Part shown: positions 37,914 to 50,800 of the stretch, one piece after another
How positions within the stretch are numbered: the first letter of the stretch is position 1
How the letters are laid out: the number at the start of each line of letters is the position of its first letter
NCBI GenBank assembly: GCA_964036045.1
Contig: OZ038378.1
Coordinates: 168,888,001-168,952,000, forward strand
Reading direction: 5' to 3'
DNA from: Eutreptiella sp. 'Long Island Sound 2002'
Lineage: Eukaryota > Protista > Euglenida
Length of the DNA stretch: 64,000 nt
Position numbers and translations under genes: made by a program
Notes under the pieces: generated by a model
Databases searched by the model: none
What the model saw: only the letters and a program-made list of their open reading frames with translations
What the model was told of the DNA's origin: nothing

Positions 37914-40900
37914 CTGTTTGAGATGAGTTCGCTGAGAAGTTTTCATGCAACATCAGCTTGGCACACCTCGCACTCCGGTTAGTCCGATGCAACTTTCCAT
38001 TGTGACGGCCTTGAAGGCAGAGAGCTGGTAGCCCTACACTTTCCAATCTCCGGCACAATTCCATGCTCAGCACTCACCAAATGGAATGCAGCTTCGTTGC
38101 TAGTGCGCAGCTTTGATCCTTTGAGCGGGACAAATACCGCCACATTAACCACCATCTCCCTTGGAATATCCATGCGACACACGGGCTGCAGTGTTGACGA
38201 TAGCAAAGATGCAACCCTCCACCAAAGTGTGTCTAACTTACCTCATAGCCAATCATGTGTTGTTGGGGACAGAATCCGAACACTAAAAACCAACATGGGA
38301 AAAGACACATGGTTTCCAAGCCCACGTGCCCGCTTTCCATAATGGAAAACAAAGCATTCTTGAGACAAGTGGTTGGAAGTTCTCTTCATGGTGCCAACGG
38401 GTACTATTATAGCAGCCCTGTTGGCAGGTTTTAGCTTTGGTTGACTTGTGAACCGCTCACTAGCCCAAAAAACCATGTATGCAGGTATACTTTTTCGGAG
38501 TCTTTAGGTCTTCGGGATGCGGTGTGTCTCGCGGGGTGCGGCGTGCCACTAGGGTCCCTGCTAAAGCAAGCACCCACGAACATTCAAAAAGGGCCCATCC
38601 CTGTAGCATCCATTCCGCACTAAGCAAAGGCCTAAGTACGCGTTGGTTGCCAACGGCTACAAATAGACCACAGAAACGTACATAAGAGGAATGGAGCAAG
38701 ATTGCATCGAACAATCAAAATCAAAATGGAGATTGCTAGGATCCATCTTACTCAAACAACTAGTCAATACCTCTTTATCTATTGGTTCATGAGCGAGGCT
38801 CACATCATCAATGAAACACACCATGGCAATCGGTTTGGAAGCGTGGGCCACGGCAAGGAGTGTCATCAATGCATACACGCGAAGCGCTAATGTGGCCCAA
38901 ATCACAGGCTGCTACTATGCATGCTTTACAGACGCCCAACACGGCATCGGCTTATACCCACTTTGTCCACATGTAGGCCACTTGGAGGCCATGGCTTTTT
39001 CTCCCATCCTTGGGAAGTGCAAGATTCAACGATGTATGTAGCCAACTGGCCCACTTGCGGGTCGCGGACAAGCGGCGCTCTCTCCATCACATGTGCGCTC
39101 CAATATTGGGGAAAAAGAAAGATGCTATCTTTGCCCCAATTTTTGAGGCCAAACAACTTTCAAAAACACGAACTTGCAAGTGCCCAACGTAGCAAAAATT
39201 ACCCTTGGCATCTTGATACATCGTGTAGACTATATCACCGCTGCCACAGTGCAGCTACCCAAAGAGGGGTCTTGGAGGCCGAAATAAGGACAAGGTGGCT
39301 ACCAAAGGCTTCAAACTTAAGGGTGCTCAAGGGTGGGACCAAATCAAAGTGGTAACACAAATTGTGTTGTCTTGCCCACATGTCAACAAGGTAGACACAT
39401 AACGCCTATTGCTTTGTGATGGATCCAGGTCTCTTGCCATGTCATGCATTCCTCCAATCGAACCCCCGCCCATACCCGGTAGATCTGAGACATGACAGAC
39501 AGTGGTCGTTGCTGCATGGGGAGCATGCCTTCGCCTTTTGGAATAAGAGAAATGAAGCCACGGGCCAGGATTCTCGGCCACCGCCCAGTCTGTTCAATGA
39601 CAGTGAGCAGTTCAGCAAGCCAGTTGAGCAGCACATCAGGCAGGCACAAGAGGTCGGCGACGCACCAGCCGTCTAGCCCTGTGGATGTGCGCAGCCCCAT
39701 TTTCTTGAATCGTTTCCTGAGCCGCGCCCCTGTGAGTGGAGTGGTTTGCATCCGCTGCCCCCCCCCCCCCCCCCCCCCCGAAAAAGGGCGCGTACTTGCG
39801 TAAGAAGATTTTTGGGTCCGGCTCGGCCTGGTCTGCGTACTTACGCATGACCTTATCCCAGGCCTCATGCAGGATGCTGTCCATGCGATTGACATTGAAG
39901 GTGGGCTCCCCAGTGTCTGGGTCCTTCAGCATAAGCAGGGGCGCTGAGCTGTCATCCTTGATCCAGGCATATATGTCCCTTGGTGACTCTGACCAGGCTA
40001 CGTTCATTTTCTTTTTCCACTTAGCGATGCGCTCAGTGGCTTCTCGCTTGGCCAGCTTGCGGCCTAATGACTGTAGCTTGTCATAATGCCGCATGGCATC
40101 CGTCATGCTGGGGATGGGCCGCGGTACCTCGCAGAGGGGGTCTGGGGAGAGGTGGTGTAAATCCTGAAGCTCAAGATCGTCTCTGACTGCCTGTCCTAAC
40201 TTCCTCATGCGTCTGCATGCTGCATTCCATGCCTGCATCACATCCACAAGGGTGTTGCACAACAGCGTGCTCATGGGCTTCTTGGCTGTTGCCCCGCAGT
40301 TTCCCCCCTCCCGTCTGGCCATTTTGCGCCCCCAGCGGATGACGTCCCCGAGGCAGCCCATGGTCGCCTGTATTTTAGACAACAGTTTAGTGCGGGGTCC
40401 CCCCTGACGTGTGGTGTGGGACGGGCCCATGGTGGTGTGTTTGAGCATTGGGTTGGTGCCTCGACCTCTGTCTGCTGTTTTGGGTGCACAAGGCAGTGCG
40501 GTCTGCGATTCTGAGCTCAGGCCCAGACAGCCTAGCGCCAGCCCCACCTCCTCTGCAACCCATGTCCAGTGTGCCCAGAGATCGTCTGTGGACTGGCCTG
40601 TCTCCAGCATGCGCTGCCAGACTGTTTTGTGGGGGGCGATTAACACGGCACATAATGCGATAAACTCCTCATCCTCTCTCGGGGCGGGGTCAAACTCTTC
40701 AATTTTTCGCAATTTGACGACCTGCTGGCAGGGAGCTTGCAAGTCCAGACTGTAGCACACTGCTGTGTGCCCCGGCAGCCCGTTGTGTGTGTCTGTGTGT
40801 GTGCTATTTGAGATGAGTTCGCTGAGAAGTTTTCATGCAACATCAGCTTGGCACACCTCGCACTCCGGTTAGTCCGATGCAACTTTCCGATGTAACGGGC

Positions 40901-43900
40901 TTGAAGGCAGAGAGCTGGTAGCCCTGCACTTTCCAATCTCCGGCACAATTCCATGCTCAGCACTCACCAAATGGAATGCAGCTTCGTTGCTAGCGGGCAG
41001 CTTTGATCCTTTGAGCGGGACAAATACCGCCACATTAACCACCATCTCCCTTGGAATATCCATGCGACACACGGGCTGCAGTGTTGACGATAGCAAAGAT
41101 GCAACCCTCCACCAAAGAGTGTCTAACTTACCTCATGGCCAATCATGTTGGGAAAAGAATCCTAACACTAAAAACCAACATGGGCCACGAGACACACCGC
41201 ATCCCGAAGACCTAAAGACTCCGAAAAGGTATACCTGCATACATGGTTTTTTGGGCTAGTGAGCGGTTCACAGGTCAACCAAAGCTAAAACCTGCCAACA
41301 GGGGTGCTATAATAGTACCCGTGGGCACCATGAAGAGAACTTCCAACCACTTGTCTCAAGAATGCTTTGTTTTCCATTATGGAAAGCAGGCACGTGGGCT
41401 TGGAAACCATGTGTCTATTGGTGCTCCGTGCCACTAGGGTCCCTGCTAAAGCAAGCACCCACGAACATTCAAAAAGGGCCCATCCCTGTAGCATCCATTC
41501 CGCACTAAGCAAAGGCCTAAGCACGCGTTGGTTGTCAACGGCTACAAAGAGACCACAGAAACATACATAAGAGGAATGGAGCAAGATTGCATACGACATT
41601 CAAAATCAAGATGGAGATTGCTAGGATCCATCTTACTCAAACAACTAGTCAATACCTCTTTATCCATTGGTTCATGATCCAAGCTCACATCATCAATGAA
41701 ACACACAATGGGAATCGGTTTGGAAGCGTGGGCCGCGCCAAGGAGTGTCATCAATGCATACGTGCGAAGCACTAGTGTGGCCCAAATCACCGCTGTCGTC
41801 TTGGGGGTCAGCAAAAACGAAATGGCTAACAATGCATGTTGCCTTACTGGGTTACGAGTGCGCAAGGTGGCAACAATGCCCTTGGTGTATATATCTGCAA
41901 ACATATGTACGATATACCCTTGGTATATCGCATAGCACACTGCAACGGCAGTTGTGTTGGAGATTGCACAAGTGGACCATGTCTACACGTAAAGCAAAAG
42001 TTACCAAAGGTCAAAATTAGCAAAAGGTGCCCATTTTTTGGTTATTTTTTTTGGTAATATTTTGGTACCGTAGCAAAGGGGACGTCATCCTTCCCTGCCA
42101 CGATGCAACACACAGCAATGGGAAACCCATGTGAGTCGCACCATACATGGTTTTTACTAAGCGGCGGGGCAAATGGTTGAGGTGTGATCCAACCAACAAC
42201 CATCACACACATATTCGGAGCAAGAGAGACACAGTCAAAGAACCACACTCACAAGAGCGTTGTGTCTCTTCACCATGAAGCTCCTTGAGAACGTGGAACA
42301 TCGGTTCGATACAGGGCACATCTCCCCATAGGGCTCGCGGAATCCTCGCGGAATCTTGGGGCCCAGGAATCGGGGGGAAACCACAATTACCAAAACAACC
42401 TTAATTTCTGATTAATTTTTTTTGGGTAATATTTTTTAAGGGTAATCTTTGCCTTGGGTAATTTTGCTTGGACTGTAGATGCAAGCTATGGTTGTGTATC
42501 TCGGCTGGACGGTTTCTACATACCACATGTCTACCACTTTACGCACCTCTCTACTTTGGGGTTCCCGACCTTCACCTCACGCACCATTGTGTGTGCGCGG
42601 CTACCGGGACGAAGTCCACTCAAGGGCTCCATGCGCGCTCGACTCAACCAAAACCGGGGCCCGAGGCTCAATGGAGTATCCTGGACCCTGGATCGAGAGG
42701 TGTAGACAGTAAGATAGCCACATGGCTAGCCCTATGTGGTACTAACTCCGGTGACATGGTCCGAATTCCCGCGAGCAAACATTCCACAACCACATCCTTG
42801 GCACACACAACTAAGTAAACCAATCACCTAATTACCAAATTAAACTAATTACAAAAACATGACAAACATAGGTGCACGGTGAGGAAATTGATCATCATTA
42901 TGTGAACTCGCTACAAACCGCTTGGGGTTTCCCAAAGCAACAACGAATTCAAAATGGGTACATCACTACTGCCGTCCAGGGGGGGGGGGGGGGCACATGT
43001 AAACAAAGGGGCAATACAGCCGTGTGGTGTTGAGGGTCCAAACAACAGGGATGAGGTCCAAATGGTTACATAAGGTTTGCCGTCTTGGGGGTCGTACAAG
43101 TGGACAAAGTGGGCACATCACCCGTGCTCACTTGGGGGTCCCCAAAGAGGGGACAACATCAAAGTGGCTACACAACCCCTACCAACATGGTGTCCCTAAA
43201 GTAGGGACGAAATGAAAATGTCTACACAACCCTTGTTGGCTTGGAGGCCAACATGTGGACGAAGCGCCTACAAAACAATGCCATCTTGGGCGTCCCCAAA
43301 GCAGGGATGAAATTTAAAAAATAGCATGACCATTGCTGCCCGGGGGGGGGGGGGGGGGTGATGGGCCAAGTGGCCACATACCTCTTGCCGTCTAGAGGGT
43401 CCCCAACAAGGGGACAAAAATCAACATATCTACATAACCCATGGCGTCCAAGAGGCCCACATGTGGATAAAATAACTACAAAACGTTGTTATCCTGGAGG
43501 TCCCCAAAGGAAAGATGGAATCGGAATGGTAATTAACCTGTACCCTCTTGAGGGGCCCACATGTTAACAAAATGGCTACATACCCCATGCTCCCTTGGGT
43601 GTCCCCAAAAAGAGGACCCAATCCAATGGCTACATATCAGCTGTATGGAGGGACCCACAAGTGGATAAAATGGCAACACAAGGCTTGCCATTTTGGCAGT
43701 CCCTAAAATGGGGATGAAAAACAAAATGGCTGCATACCCATTGCCATCTTGGGGGGCCAAAACTGGGCCGAGTGACTACATAACCCGTGCCGTCTTGGGG
43801 GTCACCAAAACGGGGACGAAAATTGAAATGGCTACACATGTAGCCTTACTGGGTTGCGAGTGCACAAGGTGGCAACAATTCCCTTGGCATCTTGGTACAT

Positions 43901-46264
43901 CCTAAAGAGAAGACGAAATCAAAATGGCGACATAACCATGGGGCGAGCAGCTTGACTTAGCACAACGCAACATTTTGAGATCATTAGGGTTGCTCTATTG
44001 GCAGACCCACAATGGGGACAAAGAATGTCAATGGAGCACATGGAATGGAGCCCACAGAGGCAATTGTTTTTGGTCTGCACTGTGGTGACAACAGTTGGTG
44101 GCAGATCTGGTGCGACTGCTCCCGCATGCCCAACATGCATGCCCGACAACTAGCATACTTGGGCATTTCTACAATAGATGGCAAGCTGGTCAAACTTTGA
44201 CAATCTAGAAAGACCTTGTCAGTCCACCATGCACTGAGTCTTGGTGCCCGTGCACTCGGGGTCACTACCTACCCCATGCGGAGTACCAGGGAGAAGGGAG
44301 GCCACCTCGATCAGTGAGGCACTAGCAGGGCTCCTTGCGTGGCTTGCAGCCACCTGAACAAAATTATCCCCATTGTTCACACCATGGAAGACCTGAATTG
44401 GCCTAGCTCTGTGTCACCCTATTCCATCACAGAGCGGCAGCCATGCAAGTATGCTGGCATTAAACCTGAAATCCCACCTGCACGACTGGTGTACATTTGG
44501 CATTCTGCAAGTCCTATGGGTGCAGGTGCAAGGAGTAGTGGGCGCTGATGAGCATTTCCACACAGAAGCGGTCAGACGGCGAGGCGTGGAGTGGAGTGGG
44601 AGGGAGTGCGGGGTTGGGACCACACCACATGTGTTTAAGATGAGGACATCACAAACAACACGCAAGCATAGCAAAGTGTTTTCAAATGAATGGGATGCAT
44701 CACTTCCGAAATTACCCAGGCTCCAGGATTTCCAGGTGTCTACAAACGGACGATGTGGTGCTAGATGCAGACAACCACACATGACCAAAACAGTCAGACA
44801 ATCCTGTTGTAGTGGGGGCGAAATGAAATGACAGTGTGGATGTTGCTTCGATCAAAATTCTACGGATTATGTGCAGAGGACATATTTGTCGGATTTCTGG
44901 CTTGCGTTCTGAGTCTGGTTCTGGTGTACGCATGGAACCTGTTTCATGGGACGTGAAACCCTAGAAATGGGAAGCAAGATCTCACCAGTGGGGTGGTGGG
45001 GGGAGGCTAAAACCTCCGCTCTGCTGTTCCTCCTACCAGTAGTGGTCTGCATTTCGCTAGTGGAGGTGTTTCGTTGGGTTGCAGGACAAACCTCATTCAA
45101 TATTTGGGATTGGGACCCTGCCCTCAAATTGGAGACCCGAAAAAAAAAACATCACGCGGACTTTTGCTGCCCAACTTTCGGGGGCCAGGCTCAGAGCAGG
45201 AGTGTTCAGTGGTGGCGGTGTAGAGGTAGCCAAATGGGATTCAGGACCCACTTGATGGACCGACACCCTCATGCAAGAATACCACGCGTTGCGCAGTCAT
45301 AGCCAGGCGTGCGCTTAGGCAGTCTTTTGGCATAAACCCTCCCGTCCCTGTCCCTCAAACAGGATGTCCTTGCAATATGCCGCAAGCAACTGCAACTTGA
45401 AGGGCTACCTCATTGATATTGAACACGCTCTCAGCCACGGGGTTCACAATAGGTGCCTCCAGGATGCCATTTCCACTGATGCCCAGCATATTCAAAATCG
45501 GCAGAATAAAAAAGAAATTGATGCTTTCTCCAATGACCTCCTGCAAATCCTCAGGCTTGATGGCCCAGGCAGGATCTCCAGGCATAAGGCCCCCTGAGGG
45601 GCTGATGAACAATAAGTACACGTAGACGGCAGCGGCAAGCCCGAAGATTGCGCCAAAGATTGGTCCGCCCTGAAGCTCCCCAGCACCTTCGATGTCGGTT
45701 GACTGTGAAACACTGACCTATGCACGCGTGCAGATATGGACCCTATGTATGTGCACCACCCACAAGAAAGCATCACACACACACACACACACACACACGT
45801 AAGACGCGACAAACAGGCACTTACGAAAGCGCTGAGTGCTCAATTCTCGTCAGTTGACAGTCAAACAAGACAAAGCATGTTCGACGCCAATGGGCGCCTT
45901 TCTGCAGCGTGACGAGCAGGCAAGATGGGCAGCTTCCCAGCAATCTGGTACAGCCTCTGCCAGCGTTGCTGCAGCAGAGGCCTACAAGCAAAACAGAATA
46001 CTTGTGCACCCGGTCCAGTCCCGGATATGTGGGAGAGTCAGGCCCTTCCCTCCAGCCCTCAGCACTGCCCGGCCGCGACGAATTCAGTCTTTGGTACCAC
46101 TGTTGCTTTTGTTTTCCGCCGGTCAGCCAGTGGACACACACATACACAGTCTGCCTGTGAACATCACCAATCCCCTGTGATTCCTTGCACCACAAGCTCC
46201 TCGGGCACCCTCCAGACACACACACACACACACACGCGCGCGGCGTGAGGTGACCAAGAAACCG

Positions 46265-46357
<93 letters not shown>

Positions 46358-46956
46358 AGACACACACACACACACTTCAGCGACAAGCAGAGCACAGAGA
46401 AGACTGGTCTAGATGTACTAGATCTCGTCAGGTGCAAAGCAGAACAAAAGCAGTAGCATGTCCCGCCTGCACTAGGCGCCTTTCTGTGTGAGGAGAAGCA
46501 GGGCCAGCAGCTCAACGGCAGCCTTGGGCAAGCCCGCGGTCACGCCTGCACAGCAAGCAGAGCGTAAGGCTCTGCAAATTTACCTCCGAGTGGGTTCATC
46601 CCTGTCCCTGCCCACTGCACTCCCTCACCAGGAACCCGGACGATAGACCAACAGCGTTCGCTTCTGGTTAGATTACCCTGTCCCAATCACTACCAGGTGC
46701 CCGCACTTCTCACTACCATGGACAACCTTGAAACAGAGCAAGAGGACGAAAGGAAAGCAGGAAGTCCCGTAGCCGGGACTCCACACACACACGCATACGG
46801 GGTGGCAGCTGGCAAAGTGAATCCCGAGGTCGCGTTGTACTGTGTGGTGTCCAGGTGTTTACTGTATATCTGGCTGTGGTGGGTGCTGTCCCAGTGGTTG
46901 AGTCACCTAGCTCGTGCCGTGGAGGCGCCGGTTCGATTCCCGCTGTGCGCGGGGCC

Positions 46957-47017
<61 letters not shown>

Positions 47018-47022
47018 AAACA

Positions 47023-47056
<34 letters not shown>

Positions 47057-47856
47057 GCAAGATCCGCGAACTGTAACAAAGCACCAAGCGGCAAGGTAAG
47101 CTCCCCGATACCATCAGCAGAATCCCTTGCAGGCTTGGGAGACTTTGCTGTAAAGGCTAAGGAAGCGAGCTGGTTGGTACTTTCAGGTGTGTGCACTGGT
47201 TTGATTGGGTTATGGGGAAAATGATGCCATCCCCCAATGATTGTGGTCTGTCATTGTGCCATGGATACGGGGGAGGAATGCAAAGCCTCAAGATATCCTG
47301 TAGCCGGTCCTGGTGCTACTGGTCCTGTCATGGGGGGCGCTCATAAGCAGTCCTTACACTGATGCAACCCGCAACCATTTTGGCCCTCCGTGGGTCCCAG
47401 GGCTGCCTGAGATTGTCCACAGCTTGACGGACCCAGACGACCAGGGATACCAGCCGTCCAGGCTTTGGGGGCAGTGGCAACTGCGAAGCATTAGCAGCAT
47501 CAGCAACAGTGGCGAGTGCTGGCCCACAAGTCAACCGGGGGTAAGGGGCAAGGCAGAGCATGGCAGCAGCACGGCAACAAATCCTAGGGGTGGCCGGCAG
47601 CAAACAAATAACAAACGCAGCAAGCTTTTGGCGCAAGACAAGGAAATGGATCTCGGTTTGCGTGGCTTCCTCCTCGCGCACCACTATCCACTCTGTGTCC
47701 GTTCCCCTGATGCCCAGGGTTGCACCCATGGTGCCCACTCCCTCCTGGCATCCCTTGCACGGGCAACACGGAGAAGACATGGTACAAATTGTACACGTAC
47801 ACGCACACAGTCACAAACACATACACATACGCACAGGTACACTGGCATGAAAAGAC

Positions 47857-47887
<31 letters not shown>

Positions 47888-50800
47888 AATGACGAACCTT
47901 CAGATCTCCAGTACTCTGTGACGCCCCATCCCGACGCTGGCCCTTGAGCACGACCCTCACGACAGGGCTAAGCAAACGCAAAATGGAAAATGCAGCCTCT
48001 CCAGGCTTCAAAGCGGACTCCACAAGATCTCGTGCGTAAATCAGCCGCCCCGTGTCAGGAGAAATGCGATAGTAACTGCAGCCACGCCCATTGGGGAATG
48101 GGATCCCGTCCAGCTCCACATGCCATGTCACGCCGCATGCCAGAGGGTCGCCGGTGGTGATCTCGTCAATGCAGAACAAGAGGTCGTCAGGAATGCCACT
48201 GCAGGACTCTGTGAAAAGTTTCCGTACCGCCTCGCCGCCTTCATAGGGCTCGGGGAAGTTGAGATCCTGTGCAAGGTGTGTCGTGGAGTGGGCCATGCAG
48301 AGTGCAGTTCTGCAAATGCATCACGAACTTTGAAAGAAAAAGACGGAGCCACAGTCAGTCAGTTCTGGACCCCAGTTTGTGCGCCACGGGTGTGGGGGGC
48401 GGGATGGGGTTTTTGGGCCATTTTTGATTTCACCATCTACTTCTGAACATTTTCACTCACACGAAGGGGGGTTAAGATCGCAGTATCCATTGACCATTCA
48501 TCATGAGATCTGTCGTCTTGGAGCCATGCCCAGAGTAAAGAAGGGGGCCGTAAAATGGGAACAAGATGCAAATGGTGTCTTTGGACCATGGGGACCCTTG
48601 TCTGGCCCACAATCCACAGCTTGGCATAGCGTCAAAAGAACTACTTTGAGCTGAAGACAACGGCACACGGGCGCAGTCGTGTTGGGCCGGGACCCCCAGG
48701 CTCCTTCTCCAGATCCCCCAACCTACGCCAATGGGGATGAACAGTGTTCCACATTAGGTCGTATACCACCACAATTGGAGTCCGTTTGAAAATCTGAAGG
48801 CAAAACAGGGCTCAACTGTGGGTGCCTACAACGCAAAATTCACTCTCACTACCTTCTGCTCCTACATAGTCATCTGGTCATTTTTGGAAGCCTGAAAAGG
48901 CAGGTCCTGAGTCAAATGTGAGTCATCAACCACTGCACAAACTTCATGGGGTTGGGCCACGGCCTATTCCGGTAGAGCACTGACCATGGCGGCTCCCCAC
49001 CTGCCGTACAGTCTGACCTGAATGTCTGGTCACAAGGCCCAGCCAGACTGCCGACAGTGCCCAGACCACACCCAGCACAAGGAGGCTTAAGATACCTTGG
49101 TGCATGTGTGTATCAGGGTCTCTGGGCTGCTGGATGGGGGGGGGGGGGTGTACTAGCACACCTGCTTGCTCCGTGGTTGGTTGTCGTTGGGGTTGTGTGT
49201 GCTTGGTGGACTGCGTACATCAACAACCCATGGAGATGGGGATGGTGGAGCCACAGAAGGAGGCAGGATTGCGGCTTCTTCCAAAACGGTGCTAGGACAG
49301 TGCCAGGGAACTTCTGTGTCCGCGTCATGGGTACATTGAAACCTCCGCCCCCCCACCCCCCAGCCCCAGACCTTGGTCTACCCCCCCCCCCCCCACACCT
49401 CCACCCCCTCCAACCCCTGGGGCCAGGCACCTTGACGTGGTGTGGAGGCATGGTGGAGTCTCCCCAGCGCGAACGGACCGGAACAGGGGGGCAGCCTTGC
49501 TGCCATAGCTCAGCATTGCTCTGAAGATCTTTTGCCAATTCCTGGTATGCCACCCGCCATGCCGTGATGCTTGGCGCTACAGCGATCGAGTCGCGGGCAC
49601 GGGGGCTCTCTCCACATGCCGGGAATTTGGCGGTGGATAACCTGTGTCCACCTCTGCACAGCAAGCGGGAATGCTGTCACCACTGTCAACCATCTGCGCT
49701 TTGCACGCTTTGCTCTCGCCTATCTACAAGCAGATGGTGGGGCGGGCATCCTGTGAACACCTATCTGGTGGGGACCCACTTTGGCACACCCATCTGTGCT
49801 CTGCACGCTTAGTTTTCGCCTACTCCTCTTTTGCTCATTAGTGCTCTAGTACCCAGCTGTCTGCCTGGCTTGGTCTGCCTCTCCTTGATCTATCTACAGC
49901 GGCTGGTGGGGCGTCCTCCTATCAACACCTATCTGGTGGAAAGCTGCTTTGGTACACCACCTGCGCCTTGCCTGTTTTGCTCGCGCTCTGCCTTCATTTT
50001 GCGCATCCCTTGCTGTCACCAAGAACCTGGAATACCTACCGTCGGCGTCCGACGTTCAGACATGTCGCCTAGTGGACGCCTTGGTGGGCGGGGGCCTCCA
50101 TGCGTCCGCTTGACGTGGGTTCTAAGCCCCGGGTTGGGTCTGTCGCCGAGGTATCTCCAGTTCAGTAGGGGCGTTGGTTTGGTGACTAGAGCAAGCCCAA
50201 TTCATCCTACGCCCGGGATGAACGTGGCTCATCTAGTTTGTGTTCTTGCATCTCTATCCATGTGGTGGTGACACGGGGAGTGGGCACCCTTTCCCGGCAA
50301 TCCGTTGGCACGGGGCCTGCGCCGATCGCCGGCAGCTCCTCCTCCTCCCCCCCCGCCCTCCTAGCCCCACTTCCATAAAAGCAAAATACATGTGCACCGC
50401 ATCGGACCTGAATGGCCGCCGTGTAGGCACTGCTCTATCATATCGGGGACGTCTGAAGCGGCTGCATGCCTCCTGCCCTAACAGGGCCGCAAAAGCGGAG
50501 AGCAATGATGCAGCTATAGGCAGGGGCGGACAAACTTTTCCTTGGGCACCTTCCGCACCTTTGGCCAAGTTAGGCCCAAGCCTTGAGGCTGGCCTGATTT
50601 TATCACAGGAATGCAATCAACCCTATTCTGTGGATGTGGACAGTAATTGTGTGTCCTTGGCTGCACGTGGAGGATGAGTGGCTTGTTATTGGCTTTTGGA
50701 AAATCAAACGTGGTCATTGGCTCCAGAGTACGCCTGCTTTCTTAGAATGTTGCCAACAGTGCCTTCTCCGCAGTGACCTTTGGTACCTAACTGTGGCCAG

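Larger units (their letters stand above)
12862..45408 (-). other. Giant GT-AG intron 5 (32,547 bp) filled with nested repeats and TE relics
   Basis: Donor GAG|GTAGCC at 45408 and acceptor CAG|GCT at 12862, both phase 0. The protein motif is continuous across the junction, and no alternative downstream exon was seen in between. Confidence 0.78.

Noticed and set aside
45821-47224. ORFs rich in HTHT/CVCV (also at 16.3k, 37.8k, 47.8k and 60-61k)
   Set aside because: Translations of (CA)n/(GT)n microsatellites, not genes.
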